IMG/VR virus record: IMGVR_UViG_3300029070_000030
DNA length: 7,067 nt
Direction: 5' to 3' (one strand)
Source: a virus
Lineage: Duplodnaviria > Heunggongvirae > Uroviricota > Caudoviricetes
Both the position numbers and the translations under genes were made by a program. The notes beneath the pieces were generated by a model. The model worked only from the letters and a program-made list of their open reading frames with translations. It was not told where the DNA came from and did not search any database. Below, in pieces: positions 5,645 to 7,067 of this stretch. Positions within the stretch are counted from its first letter, which is position 1. Every line of letters begins with the position of its first letter.

Positions 5645-6830
5645 TATATATCTCCATATTCATTTTCGGATATAATCTATCACTATACCATTGCATCATT
5701 TCTTTCCTTTTCTCTAAATATTGTGCATGGTTATATGTGCCTCGAATTGTGTTTTTATCTACATGAGCTAATTGCATTTCAATCCATACACTATTGAATC
5801 CTTTTTCATGCAAAATGGTTGACATGGTATGCCTGAACCCATGACCTGTTGCACGACCTTTGTAGCCTAATAACTCAATCACCTGTGTCACACTTTCTTT
5901 AGATATAGGTTTACTACGATTATTTCTACCTATAAAAATGTAGGGATAATGGCCGCTAATAGGCTTGAGCTGTTTAAAAAGGGCAATCACCTGAGTAGAT
6001 AGAGGTACAATATGAGGTCTGCGCATTTTCATCCTTTCAGCTGGAATCTCCCATATTCCTTTCTCAAGGTCAACTTCATCCCACGTGGCAAAGCGCATTT
6101 CCTGAGTTCTTACGCCAGTTAACATGACAATTTTTGTCGCATTTTTAGTGATGATGCTTCCGGTATACGCTTCAAGATCTTGAATAAAATAAGGCAATTC
6201 TTCGGCAGATAAAAATGGGTGGTGTTTTTGCTTAGGAACGGCCAGAGCGATAGCTAAATCAGGTGCTGGATTGTATTCAGCGCGGCCAGTGATGATCGCG
6301 TAGCGAAACACCTCTCCGCATCGTTGACGTACTTTTCTGGTTTTCTCCAACGCTCCACGTTTTTCTATGCGTTTAAGAACTTCAAGCAGTTCTAGGGGTT
6401 TAATTTCAGCTATTGGCCGTTTACCAATGAAAGGAAAAACATCCTGTTCAAATGTTTTAATAATTTCTTCGCGATAAGCTAAAGTCCAGCGATCTGCTTT
6501 TGTTGCATGCCATTCTCTGCTAACGGCCTCAAAAGAGTTTTCAGTTGATAATTTCTGAGCAATTTTCTGAGCCTTACGTTCTTCTACTGGATCAATGCCG
6601 TTTGCAACCTGTTTACGTGCCGTATCGCGTTTCTCACGTGCTTCCGCGAGGCTTACAAGATCGTAACTACCAAATGACATTAACCGCGCTTTACCGGCAA
6701 AACGAAAGCGGAATCGCCATCCCTTTGAGCCGTCTGGATTGATGAGTAATGACAAGCCTTGCCCATCATTCATTGTATATGGTTTGTCTTGTGGTTTTGC
6801 GCGTTTGATTTGTATATCGGTTAGAGCCAT
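5634..6830 (-). CDS. int: P4-type tyrosine integrase (site-specific recombinase), selC-specific
   Basis: 398-aa ORF beginning MALTDIQIKRAKPQDKPYTMNDGQGLSLLINPDGSKGWRFRFRF, the characteristic N-terminal arm-binding domain of P4-family integrases. C-terminal catalytic region has HGFRHT...LAHVDKNTIRGTYNHAQY (H-x-x-R ... H ... Y). It lies directly downstream of, and co-oriented with, a tRNA gene 3' end. Confidence 0.9.
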   Translation of the reverse strand: MALTDIQIKRAKPQDKPYTMNDGQGLSLLINPDGSKGWRFRFRFAGKARLMSFGSYDLVSLAEAREKRDTARKQVANGIDPVEERKAQKIAQKLSTENSFEAVSREWHATKADRWTLAYREEIIKTFEQDVFPFIGKRPIAEIKPLELLEVLKRIEKRGALEKTRKVRQRCGEVFRYAIITGRAEYNPAPDLAIALAVPKQKHHPFLSAEELPYFIQDLEAYTGSIITKNATKIVMLTGVRTQEMRFATWDEVDLEKGIWEIPAERMKMRRPHIVPLSTQVIALFKQLKPISGHYPYIFIGRNNRSKPISKESVTQVIELLGYKGRATGHGFRHTMSTILHEKGFNSVWIEMQLAHVDKNTIRGTYNHAQYLEKRKEMMQWYSDRLYPKMNMEIYNAL

Positions 6831-6992
6831 GTGTATAACTGAAAACTGCGTATGAAGATTCTATACACATTACTATACATATTTTTCGCGGATTCAGGGA
6901 GATGGTCTCGGACTATTACGGACAAGATGATTATTCATCTTATTGAATATAAAGTATTTTATGGAGTATCTCGGAACTGGCTGGATGAAGTT

Positions 6993-7067
6993 TGGCGGAA
7001 GATCACAGGAGTCGAACCTGCCCGGGACCGCTGGCGGCCCCAACTGGATTTGAAGTCCAGCCGCCTC
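6993..7067 (-). tRNA. selC: tRNA-Sec (selC), 3' 75 nt including CCA; 5' ~20 nt lie beyond the window end
   Basis: Reverse complement of 6993-7067 reads GAGGCGGCTGGACTTCAAATCCAGTTGGGGCCGCCAGCGGTCCCGGGCAGGTTCGACTCCTGTGATCTTCCGCCA, which matches my recollection of positions 21-95 of E. coli selC (anticodon loop CTTCAAATC with UCA, long variable arm, T-arm GGTTCGACTCC, 3' CCA). Confidence 0.9.

Larger units (their letters stand above)
1..6992. mobile_element. P4-like phage satellite prophage (phiR73-like), partial: int-proximal end through alpha; integrated at selC
   Basis: Gene content and order alpha / orf106 / orf151 / eps / vis(alpA) / sid-delta-psu / cos / hotspot cargo / int / tRNA, plus the exact P2/P4 cos 19-mer and TGTTCACC iterons. 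The left boundary (second att copy) lies outside the window; the right boundary is within or just before the selC 3' end. Confidence 0.85.

Noticed and set aside
4480-5700. Retron (as in phiR73) or toxin-antitoxin pair in the hotspot
   Set aside because: No reverse-transcriptase-like ORF and no room for msr/msd; the hotspot holds one 318-aa gene only, with no small partner ORF on either strand.
6545-6742. Plus-strand ORF 6545..6742
   Set aside because: Antisense inside the integrase gene.

Overview
This window is the integrase-proximal ~7 kb of a P4-like phage satellite integrated at the 3' end of selC (tRNA-Sec), resembling retronphage phiR73 but with a different cargo. All names below are from reading the sequence and recalling the P4 family; no database search was run. 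On the minus strand, right to left, lie the 3' 75 nt of selC, a P4-type tyrosine integrase, and an AT-rich 318-aa orphan gene in the psu-cos-int hotspot. The conserved 19-nt P2/P4 cos sequence sits at 4644-4662. The late operon sid-delta-psu is on the plus strand. A divergent control region carries two TGT-N12-ACA activator-type sites and a cluster of TGTTCACC iterons. The leftward operon (minus strand) runs vis/alpA, an unresolved interval, an epsilon-like gene, orf151-like, orf106-like, and the N-terminus of the alpha primase at the window edge. The most interesting object is the 318-aa hotspot cargo gene, which I cannot assign to any family and which occupies the slot where P4-like satellites carry anti-phage systems.
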